This document shows, piece by piece, positions 1-8,523 of a stretch of 64,000 nt of DNA. Position 1 is the first letter of the stretch, and every line of letters begins with the position of its first letter. The DNA lies in assembly GCA_934503195.1 (NCBI GenBank), contig CAKSVM010000004.1, forward strand, positions 3,865-67,864. Direction: 5' to 3'. Made by a program: the position numbers and the translations under genes. The DNA comes from an uncultured Eubacteriales bacterium (GTDB lineage: Bacteria > Bacillota > Clostridia > Oscillospirales > CAG-272). The notes beneath the pieces are model-generated. The model was given only the letters and a program-made list of their open reading frames with translations. It was not told the DNA's origin and searched no databases.

Positions 1-95
1 ATGAGAAGCCACATATAATCAGCGTATCTTAAATAAGCCGATATTCTCCGCCGCAAACGTGGTGAGGAATATCGGATTTTATATTTCCGAACCGC

Positions 96-1202
96 TCAGT
101 CGATTTCCGCCGAGTCGCCAAACATCTCCGCGCAGATCTCCCTCATCTCACCATAAACCCCCGAAGTCTCCGGCCTTCTCCCAAGCTCCGAAAGCCCTTC
201 AAGCAGCTTCCGATAATACCACGCCTGAAGCCGCTTCGGCGCGTTGAAACGACTCCACAGCTCCTCCCCGGCCGATCTGTAGTCGCGGCTCATGCTCCGC
301 AGATTCGACACCTTGTCCGCCAGCACCAGCATCTTCTGCCGGACATCGGCTTTCGGAACCTCAACGACCGTACTCAGCTTCCTCATATACCAGATCTGAT
401 GCTTATCCTCGGTGTGCGCGTTCACGAGCGCGGCGACATCGGTGCCGAATTTGTCATAGATATCAAGCAGCGTCGTATCGGTGTCCTCGACCGTGTCGTG
501 AAGAAGTCCGGCGATCACAAGATTCGTGTCGGCGTTCATCGACGAGAGAATCTCGGCCGTTTCGAGCGGATGCAGAATGTACGGCTTTCCGGAACCCTTC
601 CTCGTCCCGCCCCTGTGGGCGTTTTCCGCGAAGGCCTCTGCCTCCTCGATTTTCGCGTGAGTTTCACGCGCGCCGCCGCGCGAAATTCCTTCAAGAGCCG
701 ATCTGTAAGCGGCCGCTGTCCGACCGCCGAGGCAGGCGAACAGAACGCTCATTCCATAACCCTTGTTTATCGTCATCCAGTCGGATATCGTCCGGAGCGC
801 GATCCCGGCCGCCTCTTCAACCGGATATCCGTACGCGCCGGTGGAGATCGACGGAAAAGCGATCTCGTGGATTATGTGCTCCTTCGCGAGCTCGAGCGAG
901 TTGAAGTAGCAGTTTCTGAGCAGCTTCGCGTCATTTTCAGAGCCCGAATAGCACGGACCGACCGTGTGGATCACATACCGCGCTTTGAGGTTATATCCTT
1001 TTGTGATCTTCGCTTCACCTGTCTCACAGCCGCCGAGCTTACGGCATTCCTCGAGAAGTCCCATTCCCGCGGCTCTGTGAATCGCGCCGTCGACTCCGCC
1101 ACCGCCAAGAAGCGAATTATTCGCGGCGTTGACGACGCAGGAAATGTCAAGCTTCGTGATATCGGCCGTCACGACGCGGATCGAATTCTCAAACTCAGCC
1201 AT
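96..1202 (-). CDS. Macro domain (MacroD/YmdB-like) fused to a RelA/SpoT-type HD hydrolase domain (small-alarmone-hydrolase/Mesh1-like)
   Basis: ORF 96..1262. The N-terminal part has the macro signature 'VVNAANNSLLGGGGVDGAIHRAAG'. The C-terminal part has the SpoT-type HD motif 'YILHPLETAEIL...IAGLLHDTVEDT'. I moved the start to the internal ATG at 1202 (MAEFENS...), which overlaps the upstream TAA by 1 nt (TAATG). Confidence 0.75.
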   Translation of the reverse strand: MAEFENSIRVVTADITKLDISCVVNAANNSLLGGGGVDGAIHRAAGMGLLEECRKLGGCETGEAKITKGYNLKARYVIHTVGPCYSGSENDAKLLRNCYFNSLELAKEHIIHEIAFPSISTGAYGYPVEEAAGIALRTISDWMTINKGYGMSVLFACLGGRTAAAYRSALEGISRGGARETHAKIEEAEAFAENAHRGGTRKGSGKPYILHPLETAEILSSMNADTNLVIAGLLHDTVEDTDTTLLDIYDKFGTDVAALVNAHTEDKHQIWYMRKLSTVVEVPKADVRQKMLVLADKVSNLRSMSRDYRSAGEELWSRFNAPKRLQAWYYRKLLEGLSELGRRPETSGVYGEMREICAEMFGDSAEID

Positions 1203-2470
1203 TAGCGACCCAAGAAAATCGCGCGGATCGACTCCTTCGTGACAAAGAAGGAATTCCCCCACGGATTCAGTATGATACCCTCGAAGTCGGCTTTAAGCAC
1301 GTTTTCAAGCACTACACCTATCTTCTCGCGGATCTTCGGTGCCGGCTCGCCTTTTGAAAGCTCTTCGCAGCTCGTGAACGCGATGTGGATAAGGGATCCG
1401 TTCTTCAGCCCGAGAGTCTGATACCTGACTTTGAGCCCGCCCGGAAGGATACACTCGCGGCCGGGGAGCAGCTCCGACTTTGTATCGAGGCTCCCGGCAA
1501 ACTCGAGCGGGGGGAGAATGGGAACTATGAACTCCCCGCCCCCGATCATCGCGATCCTTATCGCGTCGAGCACAGCGATGTATTTTTCGCGGCTGTTGTC
1601 AACCTCAAAATCCTTTATCGCCTCGTCAATAAGCGTCATGAAATCAACCCGGTTTTTCTGTGCTGCCTTAACCCGCGCTTCGAACCTGTCAAGCACCTCG
1701 ATAAGATCGGCGGTAAGCCTTTCACGGCACTCTTTTTTCAGCTCATCCGGAACGCCGTAGAAGCCTTCAGCGACGCTCCCCGCGATCGCGCTCAGCGTGT
1801 CACAGTCGCCGCCGAGCGAAACCGCCGTGCGAATGACGTCCTCGAAGCTCTTCCCCTCAAGAAACGCCGTGATCGCCTCGGGAACCGTCTCCTGACAGCT
1901 CTCGACGTGATGATATCCCGGCCGGATCTCGTCACAGCTTCGGCCAAGATCGTACCCGAATCTCGTCTCGATGAAAGACTTTATCTCCCGCTTGTCGGCT
2001 CCGGTGCGCGCGAGGAAAATCGCGGCGGCGGTCGCCTGCGCGCCCTTTATCCCCTCTGGATGATTATGAGTCACCTCGGCCGAAATCCTCGCGGCGTTCA
2101 GAACCGAGTCGAGGTCGTCAAACAGCCACGCGGCCGACGAGACCCGCATCGCCGAGCCGTTTCCAAAGCTCCCGTACGGCTTCGGATCGGGACTTTCAAG
2201 CCACCGCAAAAAGCTTCCGCCATATCCGGCGTCGGGATAACGGCGGCCATATTCCCGCAGCTTCGCGACAAGCTTCGCCCTGATCTCATCCTCCGTAACC
2301 TTGCGCTTTTCGTCAAGGACGTCAAGAAAGGCGTCGGCCACCGCCAAGGTCATAACCGTGTCCTCAGTGAACCTTGCCCCGCGCGAGAAAAGCGGAAATT
2401 CCTTCGTTTTGTTCCCTCTGTCAAATTCAAACGGACTTCCGATGATATCGCCAAGAATCGCTCCGTACAT
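1202..2470 (-). CDS. ADP-ribosylglycohydrolase (DraG/ARH family) with a C-terminal SseB-like domain
   Basis: 422 aa ORF. The N-terminus 'MYGAILGDIIGSPFEF' and 'GNGSAMRVS...GGDCDT' are typical of ADP-ribosylglycohydrolases. The last ~150 aa ('IHIAFTSCEELSKG...GIILNPWGNSFFVTKESI') resemble the SseB family. An extended -10 (TGTGATATAAT on the minus strand, 2529-2539) lies upstream. Confidence 0.8.
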   Translation of the reverse strand: MYGAILGDIIGSPFEFDRGNKTKEFPLFSRGARFTEDTVMTLAVADAFLDVLDEKRKVTEDEIRAKLVAKLREYGRRYPDAGYGGSFLRWLESPDPKPYGSFGNGSAMRVSSAAWLFDDLDSVLNAARISAEVTHNHPEGIKGAQATAAAIFLARTGADKREIKSFIETRFGYDLGRSCDEIRPGYHHVESCQETVPEAITAFLEGKSFEDVIRTAVSLGGDCDTLSAIAGSVAEGFYGVPDELKKECRERLTADLIEVLDRFEARVKAAQKNRVDFMTLIDEAIKDFEVDNSREKYIAVLDAIRIAMIGGGEFIVPILPPLEFAGSLDTKSELLPGRECILPGGLKVRYQTLGLKNGSLIHIAFTSCEELSKGEPAPKIREKIGVVLENVLKADFEGIILNPWGNSFFVTKESIRAIFLGR

Positions 2471-2542
2471 AAAATCTCTCCCTTTGATAATTCATATTTG
2501 TCAGCTGGAATTCCTTCTAACGTAAAATATTATATCACATCC

Positions 2543-2572
2543 GAAAAGCAAAATGGTCGCCTTGAAGGCGAC
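2543..2572 (-). terminator. Intrinsic terminator after the macro-HTH gene
   Basis: On the minus strand, the GTCGCC/GGCGAC stem (2556-2572) is followed by a T-rich run (CATTTTGCTTTT). Confidence 0.5.
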
Positions 2573-2604
2573 ATCAGACCTGTTCTATAACCCGACCTTA
2601 GCGT

Positions 2605-2636
2605 ATCAAATTGGCGACGTAAGTCGGCAATTTGAT
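2605..2636. promoter_or_regulatory. 32-nt palindrome ATCAAATTG-N14-CAATTTGAT (possible operator or RNA hairpin)
   Basis: Perfect 9-bp outer arms plus inner CGAC/GTCG arms around a GTAA loop. It lies between the macro-HTH stop and the ARH promoter. No T-tract follows on either strand. Confidence 0.3.
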
Positions 2637-2670
2637 TGACACATCGGGAGGGTTATCGAACAGCTCTATT

Positions 2671-3663
2671 TTACCAACAGAGAATCGGCTGGCCGAATTC
2701 GAACAGCGTCTCGTTTATTTCATAGATATCGTAATTCCGGTTTCTGATGAAAAACTCGATTATGATATCCGATTTGTCGCTGTGAGTCAGCGTGTACCCG
2801 GCTTTTCCGATGAACTCCCGCGTCTCGTCAATATCAAGCCCCAGCGCGATCGCAAAGGCGACACAGACCGATTTTCCCGGACGATAATTCCGGTTGTTCT
2901 TTATCTTCGAGAAGAATTTGCGGTCGATATTCGCCCTTTTGTAGACGTCGGGGTCGCGGAAACCCTTTTCGTCTATGATTCTCACAAGAGCCTCGGAAAA
3001 GGTCTCGCCGACCTCGCAAAGAAGGTTTTCGAGCGGGATATCCTTCCGGGCGGCTTCGATCGCGTCAGCTCTCCGGCGCGCGAGAATACCGTTGATCCCG
3101 GCTTCACTGCCGCCGTACTCCTCGGTTCGCTTCGCGTCAACGTAATTCTCGTCGACAAAGCTTTTCACCGTGTCAAAGAGCTTTGTTGACAGCGCGAAGG
3201 ACGGGAAATCGAAAACGACGAGGAAAACCCTCATCTCATGCCTCATAAGAAAATCGCTTATGACATTCAACGCGCATTTCAGAGCGACGTCGCGCGGAAA
3301 TCCCAGATTCCCGGCCGAAAGAAGCGGAAAGGCAATCGATTCGCAGTCATTTTCAAGTGCGAGCGAAAGGGCCTTGCGGTAACAGCTTTCGAGAAGCGCG
3401 GTTTCATTTTCTCCGCCGCCGCGCCAGACCGGAGAGACCGCGTGGATCACATATTTTGCCGGAAGTCCGAACGCCGGGGTTATCGCGGCGTCGCCGAACC
3501 CGATTTCGCCGATCTTTTTCCGCGCGTCAAGCAGCTTTTCCCCGGCTTTTTTATATATCGCGCTGTCGACTCCAAAGCCCGCGATCGGCCGATGATTCGC
3601 GGCGTTGACTATCGCGTCGGCATTCATCGCGGTTATATCGTTCCGAACGATCTCAAATGGCAT
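2671..3663 (-). CDS. Macro domain protein with a C-terminal XRE-type helix-turn-helix domain
   Basis: 330 aa. The N-terminal part 'DAIVNAANHRPIAGFGVDSAIYKKAG...IAFPLLSAG' is macro-like. The C-terminal part 'TFSEALVRIIDEKGFRDPDVYKRANIDRKFFSKIKNNRNYRPGKSVCVAFAIALGLD' has an XRE HTH pattern. It starts 22 nt after the recO stop. Confidence 0.75.
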   Translation of the reverse strand: MPFEIVRNDITAMNADAIVNAANHRPIAGFGVDSAIYKKAGEKLLDARKKIGEIGFGDAAITPAFGLPAKYVIHAVSPVWRGGGENETALLESCYRKALSLALENDCESIAFPLLSAGNLGFPRDVALKCALNVISDFLMRHEMRVFLVVFDFPSFALSTKLFDTVKSFVDENYVDAKRTEEYGGSEAGINGILARRRADAIEAARKDIPLENLLCEVGETFSEALVRIIDEKGFRDPDVYKRANIDRKFFSKIKNNRNYRPGKSVCVAFAIALGLDIDETREFIGKAGYTLTHSDKSDIIIEFFIRNRNYDIYEINETLFEFGQPILCW

Positions 3664-3685
3664 TCTGTCACCTCATTTGATATTA

Positions 3686-4498
3686 TCAGACCTGCTCGCC
3701 GCCATCCGACGGCTTTTTGAGGTCGAACATATCCTCCACCGGGAATTTGTGATCGACCCGGCACTCAAAGTATTTCCGGCAGGCGTCGCGAAACTCGGTG
3801 ACGTATTTCTCGGTCAGCGAGAATTTATAAATCCGCTTCTGCTCCGCGCCGAGTACATAGCGCATCGCGTCGAGCGTCGGCTGACTCAGCGGAATCAGCA
3901 CCTCCTCGCCGGGAACCGCGTCATCACCGCTCATCCGCTCGCGGTTGTGCCTGAAAACGCAGTCATCGCAGATAAGGCATCCGTCGTCCGCGCTCAGGAA
4001 AAACCTGTTCCCATACTGCTTCCCACATTCACGGCAGGCCGAAAGATCGGGAGCCGCGCCGAAAAGCTGAATCATTTTGAGTTCGAACACCGCTTTCACT
4101 ATCCTGAGATCCAGACGATTGTCATGAGTTATCAGCCAGAGCGAATTGAGAAGAAAAGTGAGCATTTCGTCGTCCGGCTGTTCCTCGACCATCATGTATT
4201 CCGCGACGCTCAGGAAGTAGGAGCCGAGGAGCAGAACGTCATAATCCGAGCAGGAATCGAAATAATTCGCGATCCCGGTCGCTTCGTTGAAGCTGTGCGA
4301 TCCGCTCTGACTTGTGTAGATCACGAACTCCGCGATGCAGAATACCCGCGCCGGAATGCTGTATCGGTATATTCCGCGATTGTACCGCTTGACGGCGACC
4401 GAGAGCTTCCCGCGGCCGAAGGTGAGTATGTGGATATACTTCAGGTTGTCCGCGCAGACGTATTCGCTGGCGACTATTCCGCGTACCGTTTCGAGCAT
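3686..4498 (-). CDS. recO: DNA repair protein RecO
   Basis: 270 aa. OB-fold-like N-terminus and a zinc-finger pattern 'CRECGK...CLICDDC'. It sits in the conserved position immediately after era. Confidence 0.85.
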   Translation of the reverse strand: MLETVRGIVASEYVCADNLKYIHILTFGRGKLSVAVKRYNRGIYRYSIPARVFCIAEFVIYTSQSGSHSFNEATGIANYFDSCSDYDVLLLGSYFLSVAEYMMVEEQPDDEMLTFLLNSLWLITHDNRLDLRIVKAVFELKMIQLFGAAPDLSACRECGKQYGNRFFLSADDGCLICDDCVFRHNRERMSGDDAVPGEEVLIPLSQPTLDAMRYVLGAEQKRIYKFSLTEKYVTEFRDACRKYFECRVDHKFPVEDMFDLKKPSDGGEQV

Positions 4499-5392
4499 TT
4501 ATTCCTCGCTGAAGCCGAAATTGTTGAGGAGAGTCGGATTGTCGCGCCAGTTTTCCTTGACCTTTACCCAGAGATCAAGATGAACCTGCGTGCCGAAGAA
4601 GGCTTCCATGTCTTCTCTCGCCCACGTTCCGACCTTTTTAAGCTCGGCTCCGCCCTTTCCTATGATTATACCCTTGTGCGAATCCTTTTCGCAGAAGATT
4701 TCGGCGCGGATCTTGATTATCGTCGGCTTCTCCTCAAAGGCCTCGATGACGACGGCCGTTCCGTGCGGAATCTCGTCGTTGAGCGTTCTTAAGAGCTTCT
4801 CGCGGATTATCTCGGCCGCGATCGTCCTCTCGGGCTGATCGGTCACCATGTCTGGAGGGAAATACCACTCGCCCTCGTGAAGGAGCTTCGACGCCTCGTC
4901 GACGACGATATGAACGCCCTCGTCCTTTATCGCCGCCATCGGTATGACGGACTCGAAATCGCAGAGCGACGAATAGGCGATTATGCACTCGGCAACCTTT
5001 GTAGCGTTGACCGAGTCGGTCTTGTTTATAGCGAGGATTATCGGCGTTCCCAGCTTTGTAAGACGGTCAATTATCGACCGCTCGACGTCCGAGACCGGCT
5101 TTGCTGCGTCGACGACGAGGATCGCCGCGTCAACGTCGCCGATCGTCGTGTTTATTGTCTTTACCATGAAATCGCCGAGCTTGTTCTGCGGCTTGAGCAT
5201 TCCGGGGGTGTCCATGAAGACGAACTGATTTTCGCCCTCGGTGAGAATTCCGGTTATGCGGTTGCGGGTGGTCTGAGGTTTTTTTGAGACGATAGCGACC
5301 TTTTCGCCGAGAAGCGAATTGAGAAGCGTCGATTTTCCGACGTTCGGACGGCCGACTATCGCGATGAATCCGGTTTTTGTCATTTTTTTCAT
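4499..5392 (-). CDS. era: GTPase Era
   Basis: 297 aa. G1 motif 'GRPNVGKSTLLN', G3 'DTPG', G4 'NKTD', and a C-terminal KH domain. An extended -10 (TGGTATAAT, minus strand, about 5456-5465) lies upstream. Confidence 0.95.
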   Translation of the reverse strand: MKKMTKTGFIAIVGRPNVGKSTLLNSLLGEKVAIVSKKPQTTRNRITGILTEGENQFVFMDTPGMLKPQNKLGDFMVKTINTTIGDVDAAILVVDAAKPVSDVERSIIDRLTKLGTPIILAINKTDSVNATKVAECIIAYSSLCDFESVIPMAAIKDEGVHIVVDEASKLLHEGEWYFPPDMVTDQPERTIAAEIIREKLLRTLNDEIPHGTAVVIEAFEEKPTIIKIRAEIFCEKDSHKGIIIGKGGAELKKVGTWAREDMEAFFGTQVHLDLWVKVKENWRDNPTLLNNFGFSEE

Positions 5393-5495
5393 TCGCTTCC
5401 GCTAAAGGCGAAAGCTTCCCTTCTGAATATCTTCGCGGACATTCCACGCTTTATATTATTATACCATAATCGGCCGGAAATTTCAATAGAAAAGC

Positions 5496-7181
5496 TCAAA
5501 TTTCTTCGATTCTGCGCACCGACGCGTCGCATAGGCGCGCGAGAAATTCATAGGCCGGCTCGCTTTCGCGCGGCTCAAATCCGCTTCTCAGTTTTTTCAG
5601 AAGCTCCGCCGATTCCACGTCGCGAAGCTCGCCGAGAATCCATACAGCGGCCGACTGCGGGAGCTTATCAGGCTCTGATTTTTCGTCGGTGACCGGCTTC
5701 GACGCGATTTCGCGGAGGATATCATAAACCCTTCCGGGGATCTTCCTTCCGAACATCCCGAGAATTCCGAGAATTATCGCCGCGTTTTCCCGCGTCTTGG
5801 GAAGGTCGAGCATCGACCCGAATTCGTCTTCGGGATTTTCAGGCTTTCCTCCGAGCGCGAAGACGGCGGCCGCGCCGAATCTGTCCGAGGAGGTGAGTTT
5901 TTCAAGCTCCTCACGCGTTTCAGGAATCTTTTCGGGAGTCCGATCCATGAATCCGTCAAGCAGACTGATGACCGAGTCGCGCTCGTAATAAACTCCATCC
6001 GCGCGGAGTGCCTCACGAACCTTTGAGCTTTCAACCTCAGTAACCGGAATATTCTCTTTTATCGCGAAGAACGCGAGCTTCGCGGCCGCCTCGCCGAGAC
6101 GCTCCATATCTTTTTTCATCCGAAGGCATCCGCAAAGCTCGTCGCCGACCGAAATTCCCTTATCCGCGACGATGAGATTCGAAATTCCGCGCGGCGTCAT
6201 CATCCCGGCCGTCACCGGAACGCTGATTCCGAAGCCGCGCATCCTGCATCCGATCCACCAGAGCTTCTGTCCGAACGACACCGACATCAGATCCCCGCCG
6301 ACGTGATCAATCGGAGAAAATCCGTAGAAAAGCGGTTCTCCGGGAAGCTCCCCGCGAAGATACGGAATCAGATCAAGCGTCTCGCGGCCGTAAATCCGCT
6401 CGGCATCGCGGTACCCCGGCATCTCAGCGACGATCACCGTGCGGACTTTCTCACTGTATTTTTCGCGGAGAAAGGGCGGTTTTGCCCCGGTTTCGATGAG
6501 CATCCCGGAGAGTCTGTAGTCATCCTGAAGCTCTGAGGTTCTGTTTCCGCAGGCGACCGGAAGGTTTCGGACGAGCTTTCCCGAGATTGCGGCGCAGGTT
6601 CTCGTGAACTTCATTCTCGCGGCGTCGCGCTCGGTCCGGGTCGGAAGTCCCGCGCTCCGGACGACAATCTGATCTCCGGTCGAGTCGATTATAACCTTCG
6701 CCGCGATATTCACGCGCCCCGAGCCGTTACAGCACTCAACTCCGACGATCCGGTTGTCCTCGACGAAAACTCCTGTGACCGAGGTGTCAAAAAGCAGTCG
6801 ACATCCGGCCTTTAACGCCTCGTCTTCAAGGACATACGCCTTCGCCGCGCCGTGGATGAATCGGCTTCCGATCTCGGATTTCTCTTCTCCGGTGTGCGCG
6901 AAGAATGAGTCGCAGAGCTTCTGCGCGCGAAGGTCTATCTTCTCAAAGCTTCCGCCCGGATTTCCCCACGAGTAGTCCCAGATTCCGCCGACGGTTCCGA
7001 GTCCGCCCGCCGAGCCGAGTACCTCGACTCCGATCGTGTCGAGTCCGCTTCCGGCTCCCGCGATCGCCGCCATCGCCCCGGCCGTTCCGAGTCCGGCGAC
7101 CAGAAGTCCGCAGGAAAGCGCAAATTCGGGACGGCACTCGCTCTTTTCGCATTTTCCGTTTACTATACGGCAGTAAAGCAT
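5496..7181 (-). CDS. FAD-dependent oxidoreductase-like protein with a C-terminal HEAT-like repeat tail
   Basis: 561 aa. Gly-rich dinucleotide-binding N-terminus 'LLVAGLGTAGAMAAIAGAGSG'. The C-terminus 'AAIILGILG...AAVWILGELRD' is HEAT-repeat-like. It overlaps the upstream gene by 19 nt. Confidence 0.65.
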   Translation of the reverse strand: MLYCRIVNGKCEKSECRPEFALSCGLLVAGLGTAGAMAAIAGAGSGLDTIGVEVLGSAGGLGTVGGIWDYSWGNPGGSFEKIDLRAQKLCDSFFAHTGEEKSEIGSRFIHGAAKAYVLEDEALKAGCRLLFDTSVTGVFVEDNRIVGVECCNGSGRVNIAAKVIIDSTGDQIVVRSAGLPTRTERDAARMKFTRTCAAISGKLVRNLPVACGNRTSELQDDYRLSGMLIETGAKPPFLREKYSEKVRTVIVAEMPGYRDAERIYGRETLDLIPYLRGELPGEPLFYGFSPIDHVGGDLMSVSFGQKLWWIGCRMRGFGISVPVTAGMMTPRGISNLIVADKGISVGDELCGCLRMKKDMERLGEAAAKLAFFAIKENIPVTEVESSKVREALRADGVYYERDSVISLLDGFMDRTPEKIPETREELEKLTSSDRFGAAAVFALGGKPENPEDEFGSMLDLPKTRENAAIILGILGMFGRKIPGRVYDILREIASKPVTDEKSEPDKLPQSAAVWILGELRDVESAELLKKLRSGFEPRESEPAYEFLARLCDASVRRIEEI

Positions 7182-7900
7182 TTTCTTCCCTCCTCAAAAG
7201 CGGCGTCGGCGTTTTCGTACGCGGCCGACTGGACATATATAATTCCGTCCGACTCAGACATTCCTTTTTCTCCCCTGATATCGGTTTCATGCGCCGCCGC
7301 GGCGATTTTCCAACCGGGCGAAAGCTCCGCGATCCCCTTTTCAAAGCGCGACAAAGCCTCGATCCGGGGGGACGCTATGCCTTCCGAAAGCCTCAACGAG
7401 AGAAATCCCTCCGAAGCGAATCCGCCCGGAAAAGCCTCAAAGCCGTCGCAGAAAAGCCCGCCATCCCCCTCCGTCCTAGCGCAGATGAGATTATATCTCC
7501 GCCCGCCCGAGTGCGCGCGGGTGTCGATCACCCTTTCGCAGATCACGCTCCCGAAGCCGTTAGTACTGAAATATCCGACCTCAAAAAGTCCGCCATCGCG
7601 TTTTATCTCCGTCACGCGGCAGCAGAGCAGCATACCCGCACCCGAATCTCTGAGAAGTCCGCACATTACCGCGTCAAGCGCGGGAGTCGAAACTCCTTTT
7701 CCGACAAGTCCGCGCCTCATAAGCTCGCAGGCGACGATTCCGCCGGATTTCACCGCTTCCATCGGCCGGAGAGTCCGCGTGTAATCCGACGCGAGATCGG
7801 CTCCGTTGTCGATAAGAACCACACTCTCTCCGCCCTCATAAGCGATTCCGCAGCCAAGCGTCGTCGCGCCGAGAACGGCGATCTTGAATTTTTTCGTCAT
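7163..7900 (-). CDS. Hypothetical protein with a Rossmann-like N-terminus
   Basis: 245 aa. 'KIAVLGATTLGCGIA' is a GxGxxG-like beta-alpha-beta start. No other recognisable motif. Confidence 0.5.
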   Translation of the reverse strand: MTKKFKIAVLGATTLGCGIAYEGGESVVLIDNGADLASDYTRTLRPMEAVKSGGIVACELMRRGLVGKGVSTPALDAVMCGLLRDSGAGMLLCCRVTEIKRDGGLFEVGYFSTNGFGSVICERVIDTRAHSGGRRYNLICARTEGDGGLFCDGFEAFPGGFASEGFLSLRLSEGIASPRIEALSRFEKGIAELSPGWKIAAAAHETDIRGEKGMSESDGIIYVQSAAYENADAAFEEGRKCFTAV

Positions 7901-7998
7901 AAATATAACTCACTTTCTTTTTTCGCGCCGGGTAGACGCGCTGTTTTCGCGGGTGTGTGAGAGAAGCGGCAGTGCCGAAGACCCACGATATATGAAGG

Positions 7999-8523
7999 CT
8001 ATCTGAGCTTCTTCGTAAAATAAAGATTCAGGCAGTCGTCATTCATATATTTTTCATAAGGCGCGCATGGGACGTCGTCATAATAAACTCCCGTGCCGTC
8101 CGGGATATATCCGCGTTTCACATACATTCTCTGCGCGCTGCCGTAGCCGCTGTGAAGTCCGACTCCGAGATATACGATATCCGAGTACTCAGAAGCCAAC
8201 TTTTCCGCGGCGTCCATGAGTAAGCTTCCGATCCCGCGTCCGCGGAACTTTTCAAGTACGCCGAAATCGACGATTTCCGGAGGTCCGCGAAGCTTGGCCG
8301 GGCCGAATCCCGAGCTTTTATAGACATTCACATATCCGGCCGGAGCCGATTCAAAGAGCGCGCAGAGCGCGATCGCGCGTCCGGATTCGGCGTCTTCAAG
8401 CCTTGTGAGATATTTCTCGATAGACGCGTCCCAGCCCTGTCTGATTTCGCCCTCGGTGATAACCTCGGCATATTCGTATGTAAGGTCGCGTATCGACACT
8501 TTTTCGTCTTCGTAGTAAATCAT
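7999..8523 (-). CDS. GNAT family N-acetyltransferase
   Basis: 174 aa. Acetyl-CoA binding motif 'FRGRGIGSLLMDAAEKLA'. Its ATG overlaps the upstream TGA (ATGA at 8520-8523). Confidence 0.8.
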   Translation of the reverse strand: MIYYEDEKVSIRDLTYEYAEVITEGEIRQGWDASIEKYLTRLEDAESGRAIALCALFESAPAGYVNVYKSSGFGPAKLRGPPEIVDFGVLEKFRGRGIGSLLMDAAEKLASEYSDIVYLGVGLHSGYGSAQRMYVKRGYIPDGTGVYYDDVPCAPYEKYMNDDCLNLYFTKKLR

